From Octopus vulgaris (taxonomy: Eukaryota), in the NCBI GenBank assembly GCA_951406725.2, contig OX597815.1, positions 106,144,001-106,208,000 on the forward strand: DNA of 64,000 bases, given 5' to 3'. The notes beneath the pieces are model-generated. The model saw only the letters and a list, made by a program, of their open reading frames with translations, did no database searches and had not been told where the DNA came from. The first letter of the stretch is position 1; each line of letters begins with the position of its first letter. This document shows, piece after piece, positions 56,401-64,000 of the stretch. A program made the position numbers and the translations under genes.

Positions 56401-59400
56401 ACTTCCACATTAAAAACAAGATATGAATGGCATGTAACAGTTAGTGGTATTATGAAAGTCAAATAAAAACATTGACATTACACAATAATAATGATGATTT
56501 CGTTTCAGGAACCGAATTATTAAATGCCTGACAAATATTCATAAATTCATGTTTAAAGAATATAACAAAGCACCTTGGACTGGAAACCTTGCCTCACATA
56601 CTGAAATTGTACAAGTAGAATCTTCAGATTGCAAGACAGATCCAGTAAAAGTATTTAATGAAACTGTCGATAATTTACCATATACTCAAAGGCTACTTCT
56701 AGATCATATTGGGTAATTTTTCTTATAATTTATAGTTCTATTTTACGATTACTTGTTTGCATAACTTTGGTATATCAGTGGAGGCACCGTTATGATTGTA
56801 TAATTTGTCTTCATCTTACCATCATGTTCTTTAATGTTTCCTGGAGATTATTGAAGTCTAATTCTGTGTATTCATGTTGTCCCACCATTATCTCTTCTTT
56901 TGGAGATACCAAATGGTTTCACTGCTAATCTCTTTTCATTCTGTACATTATAGATTATAGACATTTTGATTTCACAGAAATCCTACTCTACTCTATTTCA
57001 TATTGTTAACTATTTCTTCTTTTGTTTACTTTGCTATATTCTACCATGAATTGTGTCTTGTAAGATGGCCTTTGTAAAAAAGATTGGATGATCTGGCGAT
57101 AAGAGTAGCTCAGTTATTTCAGTTTTTGCTTCATTGATGAGTGAATATATACCTCCAGGGGACCAATTACTTGTAAGATCTTTCAACAAAATTCATTTCA
57201 GGGTCTATGATATATAGGCTGATAGCACCTTATTTCTACAGCTTTGGTTTCTCTTCACCGTTCTGCTGTGATGACCCATTTTTCACCACTATTAAAATAT
57301 TTAACTGTTTCACAGTCATAGCTAACAGTATCATTAGTTACTGAGGATTCACCAATGCATATGCCATCATGAATACAATACTATGTTCCTAACAGGATTA
57401 TTTATGTCTCAACAACCCTGTCTTTCTGTAAATGGGTATCACAGTCTAATGCTGTAAGCACTACAATTTACTGTGCAATTCCATTAGATTTCAATAAATT
57501 CATATTTTAACAAATGTTTCTGGAATAGGATGCAAGCCTATTATAGATTGACAGATCTGGTACCTATTTTCCAATGAAATGATCAGTGACAAAACTTGAA
57601 CTTGCCTTTTGTGTCAGGGATCTCAGCATAATGTCAGCAACTGGATACCAACAATTTTGTTACCAGATTTTTTGTTGGAACACTCTGCCTTGAAAATAAT
57701 AATGAAGAATTTAGTAAAATAACTTTGCCATTAATAAGCTGGTGTTTGAAACATGAAATTTTGATGAAGGGTTTTAATTTATATCAGTTTAAAACAGAAA
57801 GTTTGTATCATAGAACCTGGGACAATCTCAGGTAGATTGGTATCAAAAGAGTTAAGTTACCAACTAATTGCTAAAATATGTTAGAATTACCAACAAAACA
57901 CTAAAACATGTTACACTCATTAACTAAACACAAATAATTGTTACACTTACAGTGCAAACACTATACTAATATATTACACTTAACACTTTGATACTAATAC
58001 ATAGTGTGCCTACTCAACTAGATATTAATAAATATATTACATTTGCTAAGGTTTATGAATCAGCTCCTCACATGTGAAATCTATGCTACCTCATCACAGC
58101 AAATTTTTTACATAACTGAAATTATATTTTGTTTGTAAAATAGTATTAGACACAGGTGTGGCTGTGTAGGTATAAGTTTGCTTCTCAACCATAAGGTTTC
58201 AGGATCAGTCCCACTGCACAGCACCTTGAGCAAGTGTCTTCTATGTCCTTGGCTGACCAAAGCCTTGTGAGTGGATTTGGTGGACAGAAACTGAAAGAAG
58301 CCTGTTGTATATGTGTTTGCATGCATGTGTGTATGAGTGTTGGTGTCTCCTTGTCTTAACACTGCATGATAATTGTAAATGAGCATCACCATTCTTCATT
58401 TCCAACCTTCTGTAAAAACATACCTGGTCATGGTGAAATATTTACCTTATTTGGAAATAGGTGAGGGTTTGGTAACAGGAAGGGCATCTAGTTGTAGAAT
58501 ATCTGCCTCTACAAATTTCATCCAACCCAGGCAAGCATGGAAAGGTGGATGCTACAACAATGATGATGATAATGATGATATTACTGTTATTCTGTTGTAT
58601 CTTGAGCAATACACTTAACTCTTTCTCTTGTTTGACTGAATTAAGAAAAATAGGCTCTACTTCTTAAAACAGCTTTAAAAAAAGTTGGGTTTTTTTAATG
58701 ATGTTTAGTTCAAGTCATCCCTAATCAAACAGGAATATGGAATTCAAAAGCATTCTAGCTGTGACTTTCCATCATTTTTTTCCCCGCTCTAGATGTTATT
58801 GTGTCCTAGAATAGCTTTCGAAAGAAATTTAGCCAAAGGTTTTAACAAGTTGAGCAACACTTTGATGCTTTTTCTTTGACTTTTAAAACTTTTTAAAAAA
58901 TCTAATGTACTTCATACTGACAACTATTTTGTTTTGATATGATGCTCTAGATATATACTAGTATATTTCATATAACATGGTTAATAAGGGTTAATGACAA
59001 CTCCAAAATATTATCAGCGACTCTTGTCTGTCTATGCAGAATGAATACTTTTACTTTTGAAACAAAGTTAGAATAATAATCATGATTCCAGAATTTAGGG
59101 TCACTGCTATCACCTCAGATTTTAGAGTCACTACCATCATTCCAGAGTTTAGAGCCCTTTTGTCACTCCACAGTTTATTACCAGGTCATTGTTACTTTGA
59201 ATTAGTCGAGAACATTCTAAACACTATATATATGTTCATAATATAAATTGTTTAAAGAAAGCCAGATTGTCTTATAATTTCAAAATGTCTAATTTGTTCT
59301 TTTCTATTTTCTTTGAACTACAGCATAAGACTGAGAGAACAAAAACAAGCTATTAAAATACATTCATATTTATTTTATGTGTAAAATAAAGAAATGTAAA

Positions 59401-60172
59401 CATTTTAATGAAATAATTTCATTAATTTTGTTTTATATTTTCGTTTTCATTCAATCTTCAGTTTATATTTTTACCCATAAAATTCCTTATAATTCAAATA
59501 TTAATATTAATATGAATTTATAGCAAACTTAACATTCCTTATGATTAAAATATTTTATGTTATATTATTTCCACTTGATTAAGCTTTGTTAAAATTACTT
59601 CAAATGAAACTAACTATATAAAAAATTGCTTTTGCTTAGGCTACAACAAGAAGTATCTTCTTCCTCAACTAATCAAGCAAATTTCATATCTACAAAGACT
59701 TATGAACAGCTACTTCACTGTTTTCAATACCTCATTAATTTGAAAAATAATGAACAGAAAGAAAAAATGGCAAAAATCAAGTAAGTTAAAATGTAAATAA
59801 ATGTTGCTGTTGTGGTTGTGCCACTGCTTGTTGTTGTTTTTAGTCTGTAGTCAACCCTGATTGAGCAGACCTTGATCTAAAACATTCTAGATATCATCAT
59901 TTCATGTTTGCATTTTATCAGAGGATATGTAGTCAAATGCGTCTTTTTTGTAATGACAGGGTGTGAATTGAGCCAGATTTCAATTATATTTAAACTACAT
60001 TAAGTAACCACATAGAAGCTCAATCTTATTTAAATGAGGTGCCAAAGATTCTAGTAAGAATCAAAACTTTTTTACCTCTAGTTACTAATCAAATACTCCC
60101 CATGATATGTTTTTATTCAGAGATTAGACATCTTTACATACACACATATATCCTGCACACTTTCTCTTACAT

Positions 60173-60247
<75 letters not shown>

Positions 60248-60348
60248 GTTCCCACTTCTGTCATTTTATCTCCCCTTTTATCAACTTGGTCTTTCCCCAT
60301 CATACCATTCATGCTGTTTTTATCTCCTTACCAATAGTCATTGTGTAG

Positions 60349-60399
<51 letters not shown>

Positions 60400-61311
60400 T
60401 CTCACCCTCTATTTACTCTCTCCTCTGTCACCCTTTCATTCTCTTTCATCATTCCCTAATTCTTTCTATTTGCTGAGGATGAGACAATCCTCTTGTGATA
60501 AAGAATGAATAGAGACAACATAAGGTAGGAAAGACTTTTTAGTTTTGCCAAGGACAAGGCTACCTCTTTAGTTTAAGTGCTTCAGTAAAATTCACCTAGT
60601 ACACCCACTGAAGTGGCTGGCAAACAGAGACAGCATAAAGAGGACACTTTAGTTTTGCCAAGGATATGTGAACTTGAGTGTTGTTGCCATAATGAAGTAC
60701 ACTTCATAAAATAGTTGATGATAGAAAAGGCATCCAGCCAGAGGATACTTGCCAAAAATAGAACATATGAGCAAGGTGTGATCCCCATCCCATTTAGGAA
60801 GACGTCAACTCCAAATAAGAACTAACAAGGTCTGTGACAACCTTTCTAACCCATCCCAACATACATGTGTGCACAAGTACATTGTGTGTGTGTGAGAGAG
60901 AGAAAGGATTGATTAAATATTACATAGTATTTTCCATAATTACTTTCTTTGAATATATTCTTAAAATCCAAATCCATCAAATTAGCTGCTTATTGTATGG
61001 TGTCTAATGTACAAGTCATATAATCTTTCTACTTACTCTTTCATTATGAACTAGTAAGACAATTACGAAATTGAAAGACACCAGAGAAAGATTGCAAAAT
61101 GTGACAAAAGTTGTGAAGTTCAAAACGGCAGAATACAACACTGCTAAGATTAAATCCGAGGAATATCTTGAAGAAATCATACACAAAGCAACCCAAGTTG
61201 AAAGCTTGAAGACACAAATTGGACAGAACTTAGCAATCAAAGCTATTCTAGACAACCACCAGTTTACCAACTTTCTTGACCAAGCAGACACTAAAGAACT
61301 CTTGACAAATG
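1774..61311 (+). CDS. Divergent axonemal dynein heavy chain (DNAH5/DNAH8-like), partial multi-exon gene covering AAA1-AAA4 and start of stalk; continues beyond both window ends
   Basis: 32 hand-assembled exons with canonical-type splice sites (one GC donor) join into one open frame of about 1476 codons. Dynein motifs occur in the right order: [92 protein letters not shown], coiled-coil. Confidence 0.93.
2416..2514 (+). CDS. Dynein HC exon (AAA1)
   Basis: ttcag|...atg|gtaaac; [33 protein letters not shown] aligns to [27 protein letters not shown]. Confidence 0.88.
3628..3765 (+). CDS. Dynein HC exon: AAA1 degenerate Walker B
   Basis: cctag|...ttg|gtaatt; [25 protein letters not shown] vs canonical [25 protein letters not shown]. 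Confidence 0.88.
4108..4320 (+). mobile_element. tRNA-derived SINE, family B (other copies near 25755-25965, 27600-27810, 46860-47150, 54560-54800 on -)
   Basis: Recurrent ggtgagct.gcagaatc...ttctgagttcaaatt (B-box)...gcctttcatcc...aagtacca...(att)n tail. Confidence 0.7.
4933..5159 (+). CDS. Dynein HC exon (AAA1 sensor I region)
   Basis: tgtag|...ct|gtaagt; [10 protein letters not shown]...[15 protein letters not shown]...SAGF...LAGK...AELQL. Confidence 0.9.
6100..7410. mobile_element. RTE-clade LINE fragment: + strand RT C-terminus and 3'UTR (6283-7410) joined head-to-head with a minus-strand 3' tail (6100-6280)
   Basis: [38 protein letters not shown], with stops and frameshifts; (CAT)n tail on the left. 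Confidence 0.8.
8302..8459 (+). CDS. Dynein HC exon (AAA1 small domain), probable GC donor
   Basis: tttag|c...aaag|gcaagg; [27 protein letters not shown]; phase 1 end matches next acceptor. Confidence 0.78.
8605..9110 (+). mobile_element. Highly decayed CR1/Jockey-like LINE RT relic
   Basis: Traces of [21 protein letters not shown] motifs in order; heavily disrupted. Confidence 0.45.
9773..9912 (+). CDS. Dynein HC exon
   Basis: ctctattgcag|...aat|gtaagt; ..[20 protein letters not shown]. Confidence 0.82.
10031..10172. repeat. (TC)n/(TG)n compound microsatellite
   Basis: Direct inspection. Confidence 0.9.
11011..11223. mobile_element. TTAA-flanked piggyBac-type MITE (second truncated copy at 12301-12500)
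   Basis: ttaa-ccttttagcatt...aatgttaaaagg-ttaa terminal inverted repeat; internal sequence shared with the 12301 copy. Confidence 0.7.
11691..11883 (+). CDS. Dynein HC exon
   Basis: ttccag|...g|gtaatt; FQDLVSAC...[13 protein letters not shown]. Confidence 0.88.
12654..12907 (+). CDS. Dynein HC exon: AAA2 intact Walker A
   Basis: atag|gt...aag|gtagga; [16 protein letters not shown]...RINPMS..PIFGWMD..FIDGFF..FKKA. Confidence 0.93.
13614..13700 (+). CDS. Dynein HC exon: AAA2 Walker B region
   Basis: ttcag|...cag|gtatgt; [25 protein letters not shown] (cf. [24 protein letters not shown]). Confidence 0.88.
15478..18233 (-). mobile_element. Young non-autonomous LTR retrotransposon (CsRn1-like Gypsy derivative)
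   Basis: Two near-identical LTRs of about 606-610 bp (15478-16083, 17624-18233), TG...CA ends, CATG TSD (15474-77, 18234-37), tRNA-Trp PBS, PPT GGAGGGGAG next to 16084, 1.54-kb interior with no recognisable pol. Confidence 0.92.
17602..17622 (-). promoter_or_regulatory. Primer-binding site complementary to the tRNA-Trp 3' end
   Basis: Minus strand TGGTGACCCCCCGACGTGATT vs tRNA-Trp 3' end AUCACGUCGGGGUCACCA (two extra C), 1 nt from the LTR. Confidence 0.85.
20075..20470 (-). mobile_element. tRNA-derived SINE family A, 5'-truncated, with internal (TA)/(CA) microsatellite
   Basis: Homologous to the 28183-28613 copy. Confidence 0.7.
20770..21130 (-). mobile_element. Decayed CR1/Jockey-like LINE 3' end
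   Basis: Minus-strand LQHLIHR...[10 protein letters not shown]...SQLAGL resembles the LQPL.HRR.VASL.LFYRYY C-terminal motif. Confidence 0.5.
21160..22200 (-). mobile_element. RTE LINE 3' fragment
   Basis: Reverse complement similar to 6500-7250 ([11 protein letters not shown]); CAT-rich tail at left. Confidence 0.8.
22264..22368 (+). CDS. Dynein HC exon: AAA2 with Arg finger replaced by Lys
   Basis: tacag|...ttg|gtacgg; [11 protein letters not shown]...[18 protein letters not shown] (cf. ASPATVSR). Confidence 0.9.
22821..22904 (+). CDS. Dynein HC exon
   Basis: ttttcag|...caa|gtatgt; [19 protein letters not shown]. Confidence 0.9.
22995..23975 (+). mobile_element. RTE LINE fragment
   Basis: [26 protein letters not shown]...[11 protein letters not shown]...FCYLGD. 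Confidence 0.82.
24791..25295. repeat. Long inverted repeat (arms 24791-25057 and 25150-25295, 92-bp spacer)
   Basis: Core of about 86 bp with 2 mismatches, then (TA)n and a further matching block of about 35 bp; left arm carries a SINE-tail insert in its TA run. Confidence 0.9.
26099..26134 (+). CDS. Candidate symmetric 36-nt micro-exon ([12 protein letters not shown])
   Basis: Long T tract + ag acceptor, gag|gtaagt donor, phase 0-0; not needed to keep the frame. Confidence 0.5.
28183..28613 (-). mobile_element. Full-length tRNA-derived SINE family A with internal microsatellite
   Basis: Minus strand GGCGCAGGAGTGGCTGTGTGGTAAG (A box)...GGGTTCAGTCCC (B box)...central (TA/TG)n...(GTAAAAGA)n tail; near-identical copy at 32166-32615. 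Confidence 0.82.
28993..29057 (+). CDS. Dynein HC exon
   Basis: gttag|...aa|gtgaga; [22 protein letters not shown]; phase fits both neighbours. Confidence 0.78.
29580..30435 (+). mobile_element. RTE LINE 3' end with 73-bp tandem duplication (29991-30148) and (GAT)n tail
   Basis: Homology to other RTE copies; repeat units start at 29991, 30064 and 30137. Confidence 0.8.
30572..30778 (+). CDS. Dynein HC exon (AAA2 small domain)
   Basis: gacag|...ct|gtaagt; [27 protein letters not shown]. Confidence 0.9.
32166..32615 (-). mobile_element. tRNA-derived SINE family A
   Basis: High identity to 28183-28613; long internal (TA)n. Confidence 0.82.
33345..33425 (+). CDS. Dynein HC exon
   Basis: tttcag|...aa|gtcggt; [24 protein letters not shown]. 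Confidence 0.85.
34656..34722 (+). CDS. Dynein HC exon
   Basis: tctag|...aca|gtaagt; [22 protein letters not shown]; phases fit. Confidence 0.78.
34969..35083 (+). CDS. Dynein HC exon: AAA3 intact Walker A
   Basis: ttcag|...g|gtaagt; [16 protein letters not shown]. Confidence 0.92.
36036..36134 (+). CDS. Dynein HC exon (AAA3)
   Basis: tttag|...g|gtaagg; [27 protein letters not shown]. Confidence 0.82.
37355..37917 (+). mobile_element. RTE-type 3'UTR fragment with degenerate internal tandem repeats and (GAT)n tail
   Basis: Repeated caccatt.gagcgtgatcgttaccag / gtgcc.gtggcac.taaaag units; shared terminal block gttggcgttaggaagggcatccagc. Confidence 0.75.
38443..38543 (+). CDS. Dynein HC exon: AAA3 Walker B
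   Basis: catag|...gag|gtaatc; [25 protein letters not shown]. Confidence 0.92.
39013..39062. repeat. Perfect 50-bp spacerless palindrome
   Basis: aaaaaattaatgtcaacagatcaat|attgatctgttgacattaattttttt; extends imperfectly to about 38994-39082. Confidence 0.9.
39133..39273 (+). CDS. Dynein HC exon (AAA3)
   Basis: ttcag|...ttg|gtaaaa; [13 protein letters not shown]...IAEMTHP...NQRLL. Confidence 0.9.
40400..41165 (-). mobile_element. RTE LINE fragment with internal deletion
   Basis: Minus-strand [43 protein letters not shown]. Confidence 0.82.
41812..41886 (+). CDS. Dynein HC exon
   Basis: ttgcag|...gag|gtagat; [16 protein letters not shown]. Confidence 0.88.
42872..43042 (+). CDS. Dynein HC exon (AAA3 lid)
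   Basis: ttacag|...aag|gttggt; [19 protein letters not shown] (cf. PAKFHYVFNLRDLSRVWQ). Confidence 0.88.
43884..44036 (+). CDS. Dynein HC exon
   Basis: cctag|...gat|gtatgt; GL...[23 protein letters not shown]. Confidence 0.86.
44408..45264 (-). mobile_element. Internally deleted Tc1-like DNA transposon
   Basis: TA|CAGTACTGTGCAAAAGT...ACTTTTGCACGGTACTG|TA; inner direct repeat near 44611; transposase relic [29 protein letters not shown]. Confidence 0.88.
45698..45805 (+). CDS. Dynein HC exon
   Basis: gtttag|...aat|gtaaga; [19 protein letters not shown]...; phase 0-0, strong splice sites. Confidence 0.75.
45960..46235 (+). mobile_element. 3' fragment of an R4/Dong-like (RLE) non-LTR retrotransposon
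   Basis: [43 protein letters not shown] matches the recalled R4-type C-terminus (VIGALG...IQK.ALLGTAHILRKVL). Confidence 0.6.
46237..46665 (-). mobile_element. RTE-type 3'UTR fragment with about 4 tandem ~65-bp repeats
   Basis: ggtgc.tttta.(a/g)tgccacc.gcac..gagccagtcagg..g.actggcatc.ac repeated over 46393-46660. Confidence 0.75.
47253..47419 (+). CDS. Dynein HC exon (AAA4 start)
   Basis: cttcag|...ag|gtaaat; [26 protein letters not shown]. Confidence 0.87.
47630..48050 (+). mobile_element. tRNA-derived SINE family A (older copy); related heads near 29135 and 58150
   Basis: ggcacaggtgtggttgtgtggtaag...gttcagtccc...gtgagtggat.tggtagac.gaaactgaaag. Confidence 0.72.
49838..50024 (+). CDS. Dynein HC exon: AAA4 with Walker A lost
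   Basis: tacag|...aaa|gtaagt; [20 protein letters not shown]...[24 protein letters not shown]. Confidence 0.85.
50183..51631 (-). mobile_element. Defective Tc1 (DD34E-type) transposon with long TIRs
   Basis: 50188-50258 is the inverted match of 51411-51482; right end ...TTTTCACCAGTG|TA; transposase relic [46 protein letters not shown], with frameshifts. Confidence 0.88.
52071..52178 (+). CDS. Dynein HC exon (AAA4)
   Basis: cacag|...cag|gtttgg; [17 protein letters not shown]...LYSTEEL. Confidence 0.87.
53187..53326 (+). CDS. Dynein HC exon (AAA4)
   Basis: tttag|...ag|gtaaac; [18 protein letters not shown]. Confidence 0.9.
55154..55279 (+). CDS. Dynein HC exon (AAA4)
   Basis: ctcag|...ag|gtaaca; [21 protein letters not shown]. 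Confidence 0.9.
56509..56712 (+). CDS. Dynein HC exon (AAA4 small domain plus insertion)
   Basis: tttcag|...gg|gtaatt; [17 protein letters not shown]...; open, phase 2-2. Confidence 0.82.
56800..57600 (-). mobile_element. Old RTE/BovB-like LINE 3' relic
   Basis: Minus-strand [16 protein letters not shown] resembles K.ILQGTV.G.RRRG; boundaries approximate. Confidence 0.45.
59640..59780 (+). CDS. Dynein HC exon (pre-stalk)
   Basis: cttag|...aa|gtaagt; [21 protein letters not shown] (cf. VTPKSYL.FI..YK.IY..K). Confidence 0.86.
60176..60245. repeat. (CT)n microsatellite
   Basis: Direct inspection; a second run lies at about 60352-60388. Confidence 0.92.
61055..61311 (+). CDS. Dynein HC exon: stalk coiled-coil 1
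   Basis: actag|...g|gtaata; [15 protein letters not shown]...[18 protein letters not shown] (cf. GLEKLKEASESV...LKEVTMKAQAAEKVKAEV). Confidence 0.87.
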
Positions 61312-62429
61312 GTAATACAATCAGTCTCTTTTACATTAACTGTCAAACTGTGTATTTTTAGAGGAGATATATGAAGTTGTCTTGTTTGCTTGTGTATTAA
61401 TGTTGTAAATGAAAGAAAACTAGAAACCTCAATCTCAGCTTGCCATCAGCTTTTAGTTTTGTTGTGATGCAGTTAATGAATAATCAATGATTAACATCAT
61501 TTGTGTTCAATTCATAAATCACACTGAATTAAGTATAATTTTTCATTCTGTCCCCAGACACAATAAAACATTCTGGTTTATTTAACCAGGAATGTAATAT
61601 ATACATTTCTACAACAGTTGAATAAATAATAGCCTTTGAAAATTAATGGATAAAAACACATTTGGTCATTGCAACACGCTGATATATGATACCACAGTGA
61701 TTCATAATTAGATAAAAATAACTTTTTGTGAGATTTAGTTACATAACTCAATGGAGAACTTTCAGCCATTATTAATACTGAAGAGAGAATAACTGAGAAG
61801 ATATCACATAGAAATGCTCTCTTTTTAATTAGATTTCTAACCTTTTTATATACCATTGGCAAAAGGTTTCGTAACATTTTATTAACCATTTGGCATTCCA
61901 ACTGATGTGATCGGCTGAGACATAATCACATGAGGTTAATGCATTTTATGGTAGCTGTGATCTAAAGCTGGGAAATATGAACATGATGGTTCAGAACACA
62001 GTCTCTGGCACAAGCTATTATTTCATTTAACATTAAATAATCAAGCTGACAGAAGAGAATTAGCCTGAATATCTTACAGTATTTAATTTTGCCCTCCAAT
62101 CCTATGTTCGAAACATGGCAGGATTGACTTGACTTTTTATTTCTCTCAAGTTAACAAAAAGAGAACACTAAGAAAATACTGGTTTTAATTTCATCAACTA
62201 TACCTGACTCTTCAGAATGTTTTGCCTGATGCCTATGTAAGAAACCATTAATTAAATAAAGTTTTAATAGTTTAATTTCTCTACCCATCTCATTCCAATA
62301 ATCAAAGAAATTTAATTGCATGTAAAATTCACTGATAACAATTCATTGACCAGCAATTTGCCATTTAGCAAAATCCTCCTTCAAAGAGATGAAAATATTG
62401 TGACTATGTCAAAAGAATAAAGATTTGTT

Positions 62430-63080
62430 CATCATCATCATCGTCATTTAATGTTCGCTTTCCATGCTGGCATGGGAAGGATGGTTTGACTGAGGACTGG
62501 CAAGCCAGAAGGCTGTATCAGGCTCCAATCTGATCTGGCAAAGTTTCTACAGCTGGATGCCCTTCCTAACACCATCTACTCCAAGAGTAGATGGTAGTGG
62601 GTGCTTTTTATGTGCCACCAACACGAGGGCCAGTCAGACAGTACTCTGGCAACAACCACGCTCAAATGGTGCTCAAATGGTACTTCTCAAGCACAGTATA
62701 TCTCCAAAGATATCTTCTCAAGCACAGCATATCTCCAAAGGTCTCAGTCACTCGTCATCACCTCTGTGAGGCCCAACGTTTGAAGGTTGTGCTTCACCAA
62801 CTCATCCCAGGTTTTCTTGGGTCTACTTCTTCCACAGGTTCCCTCTACTGCTAGGGTGTGACACTTTTTCAAACAGCTGTCCTCATCCATACACAACACA
62901 TGACCATACCAGTGCAGTCGTCTCTCTTGCACACCACATCTGATGCTTCTTATATCCAACTTTTCTCTCAGGGCACTTATACTCTGTCATGCATGCACAC
63001 TGACATTACACATCCAACGGAGCATACTAGCTTCATTTCTTGCAAACTTACGCATATCCTCAGTAGTCACAGCCCAAATA
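62430..63080 (-). mobile_element. RTE LINE 3' fragment
   Basis: Minus-strand VQERRLHWYGHVLCMDEDSCLKKC...GTCGRSRPKKTW; CAT-rich tail. Confidence 0.82.
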
Positions 63081-64000
63081 CAAACCGAAGGGTCTATCAA
63101 TCCATATTTTAAGGACTTAGTTCATGTCATCTCATTTTAGAAATCCTTCCAAAGTTTTGTCAATGTTTTCACTGTTTTAAAATAAATTTTGGGAGTAATA
63201 AGTATTTTTATTTTTATTTTTTTAACCCTTGATTATATTATGATATTAGTATTTATTAATTTGCCCCTGTTGAGTATATGGATCATTCATTTACTTGTAT
63301 ATGAATTTGCTAGTTGGTGAATTGTTGATTGGTAAATTGCCATTGGTGAATTGGCATCAGTGAATTACTGTCTGCAGAATTTTCCTTGACTTACAAAGGT
63401 CATAGGGACTATCTCTACTCCTCACACAGTCTGATTAATATTGATAAAAATAATAATAAAAAGTACATTATCTTACATTTCATTTATTTTCTGTCTCAAT
63501 ATGAATTAGAAACTTTTGGCCTGACTATTCGATAAAGCATGAAGTAAATGCAATAATGTTTTCATTATATAATGGTTTCATATAGAATATTATGAGGGAA
63601 AAGTAGGAGCCAGATTTATTAACTCTGTTAAATAAGAAACAATCTTGATTTGTTTTGTCTTTGATGATTTCTATAAACAGAAACAGTTACAACCATTAAA
63701 TCCTATTCTAGTTTCTGCTCTTATCCCATATCTTCATCTTGGTGTAATATTATAAGATATAAAAAAAAACAGAGGGGTTAGATCACCATATGCAATATTA
63801 CTAGCTTTCTTCCTTTGATGTTCCCATCAAGGTATAAAGCTCAGTTCACATTAACAGAAGTACAGAGCAGTAGTTTGAGGAGTTTTCTTACATGAAATAG
63901 CCTGGTGAAGCAATCCTGTTCTATTGTCAATATGCAATCTTTGGGAAGGAATGGATGTCTACAGAAATGGCAGTTGTCTGTCTAATCTATTGATAAACTC

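Overview
AT-rich eukaryotic DNA with spliceosomal introns. The repeat content (RTE LINEs with (GAT)n tails, tRNA-derived SINEs with internal microsatellites) resembles Octopus; that assignment is an inference. The whole window lies inside one + strand gene. I reconstructed by hand 31 exons plus one optional 36-nt micro-exon (1774-61311; 4431 nt, about 1476 codons, all phases compatible, no stops). They encode the AAA1-AAA4 ring and the start of the stalk of an axonemal dynein heavy chain, most similar in motifs to outer-arm DNAH5/DNAH8. The main observation is that every catalytic element of the essential AAA1 ATPase site is replaced (Walker A GKK, Walker B AD, sensor I, sensor II, trans Arg finger R>K) and the AAA4 P-loop is gone. 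The AAA2 and AAA3 P-loops and the reading frame are intact, which suggests a maintained, motor-dead 'pseudo-dynein'. The introns hold a deleted Gypsy element, a young non-autonomous tRNA-Trp-primed LTR element nested in a decayed hAT transposase, two dead Tc1 elements, many RTE/CR1/R4-like LINE relics, SINEs, TTAA MITEs, several long palindromes and microsatellites. Family comparisons are from recalled consensus motifs, not database searches.
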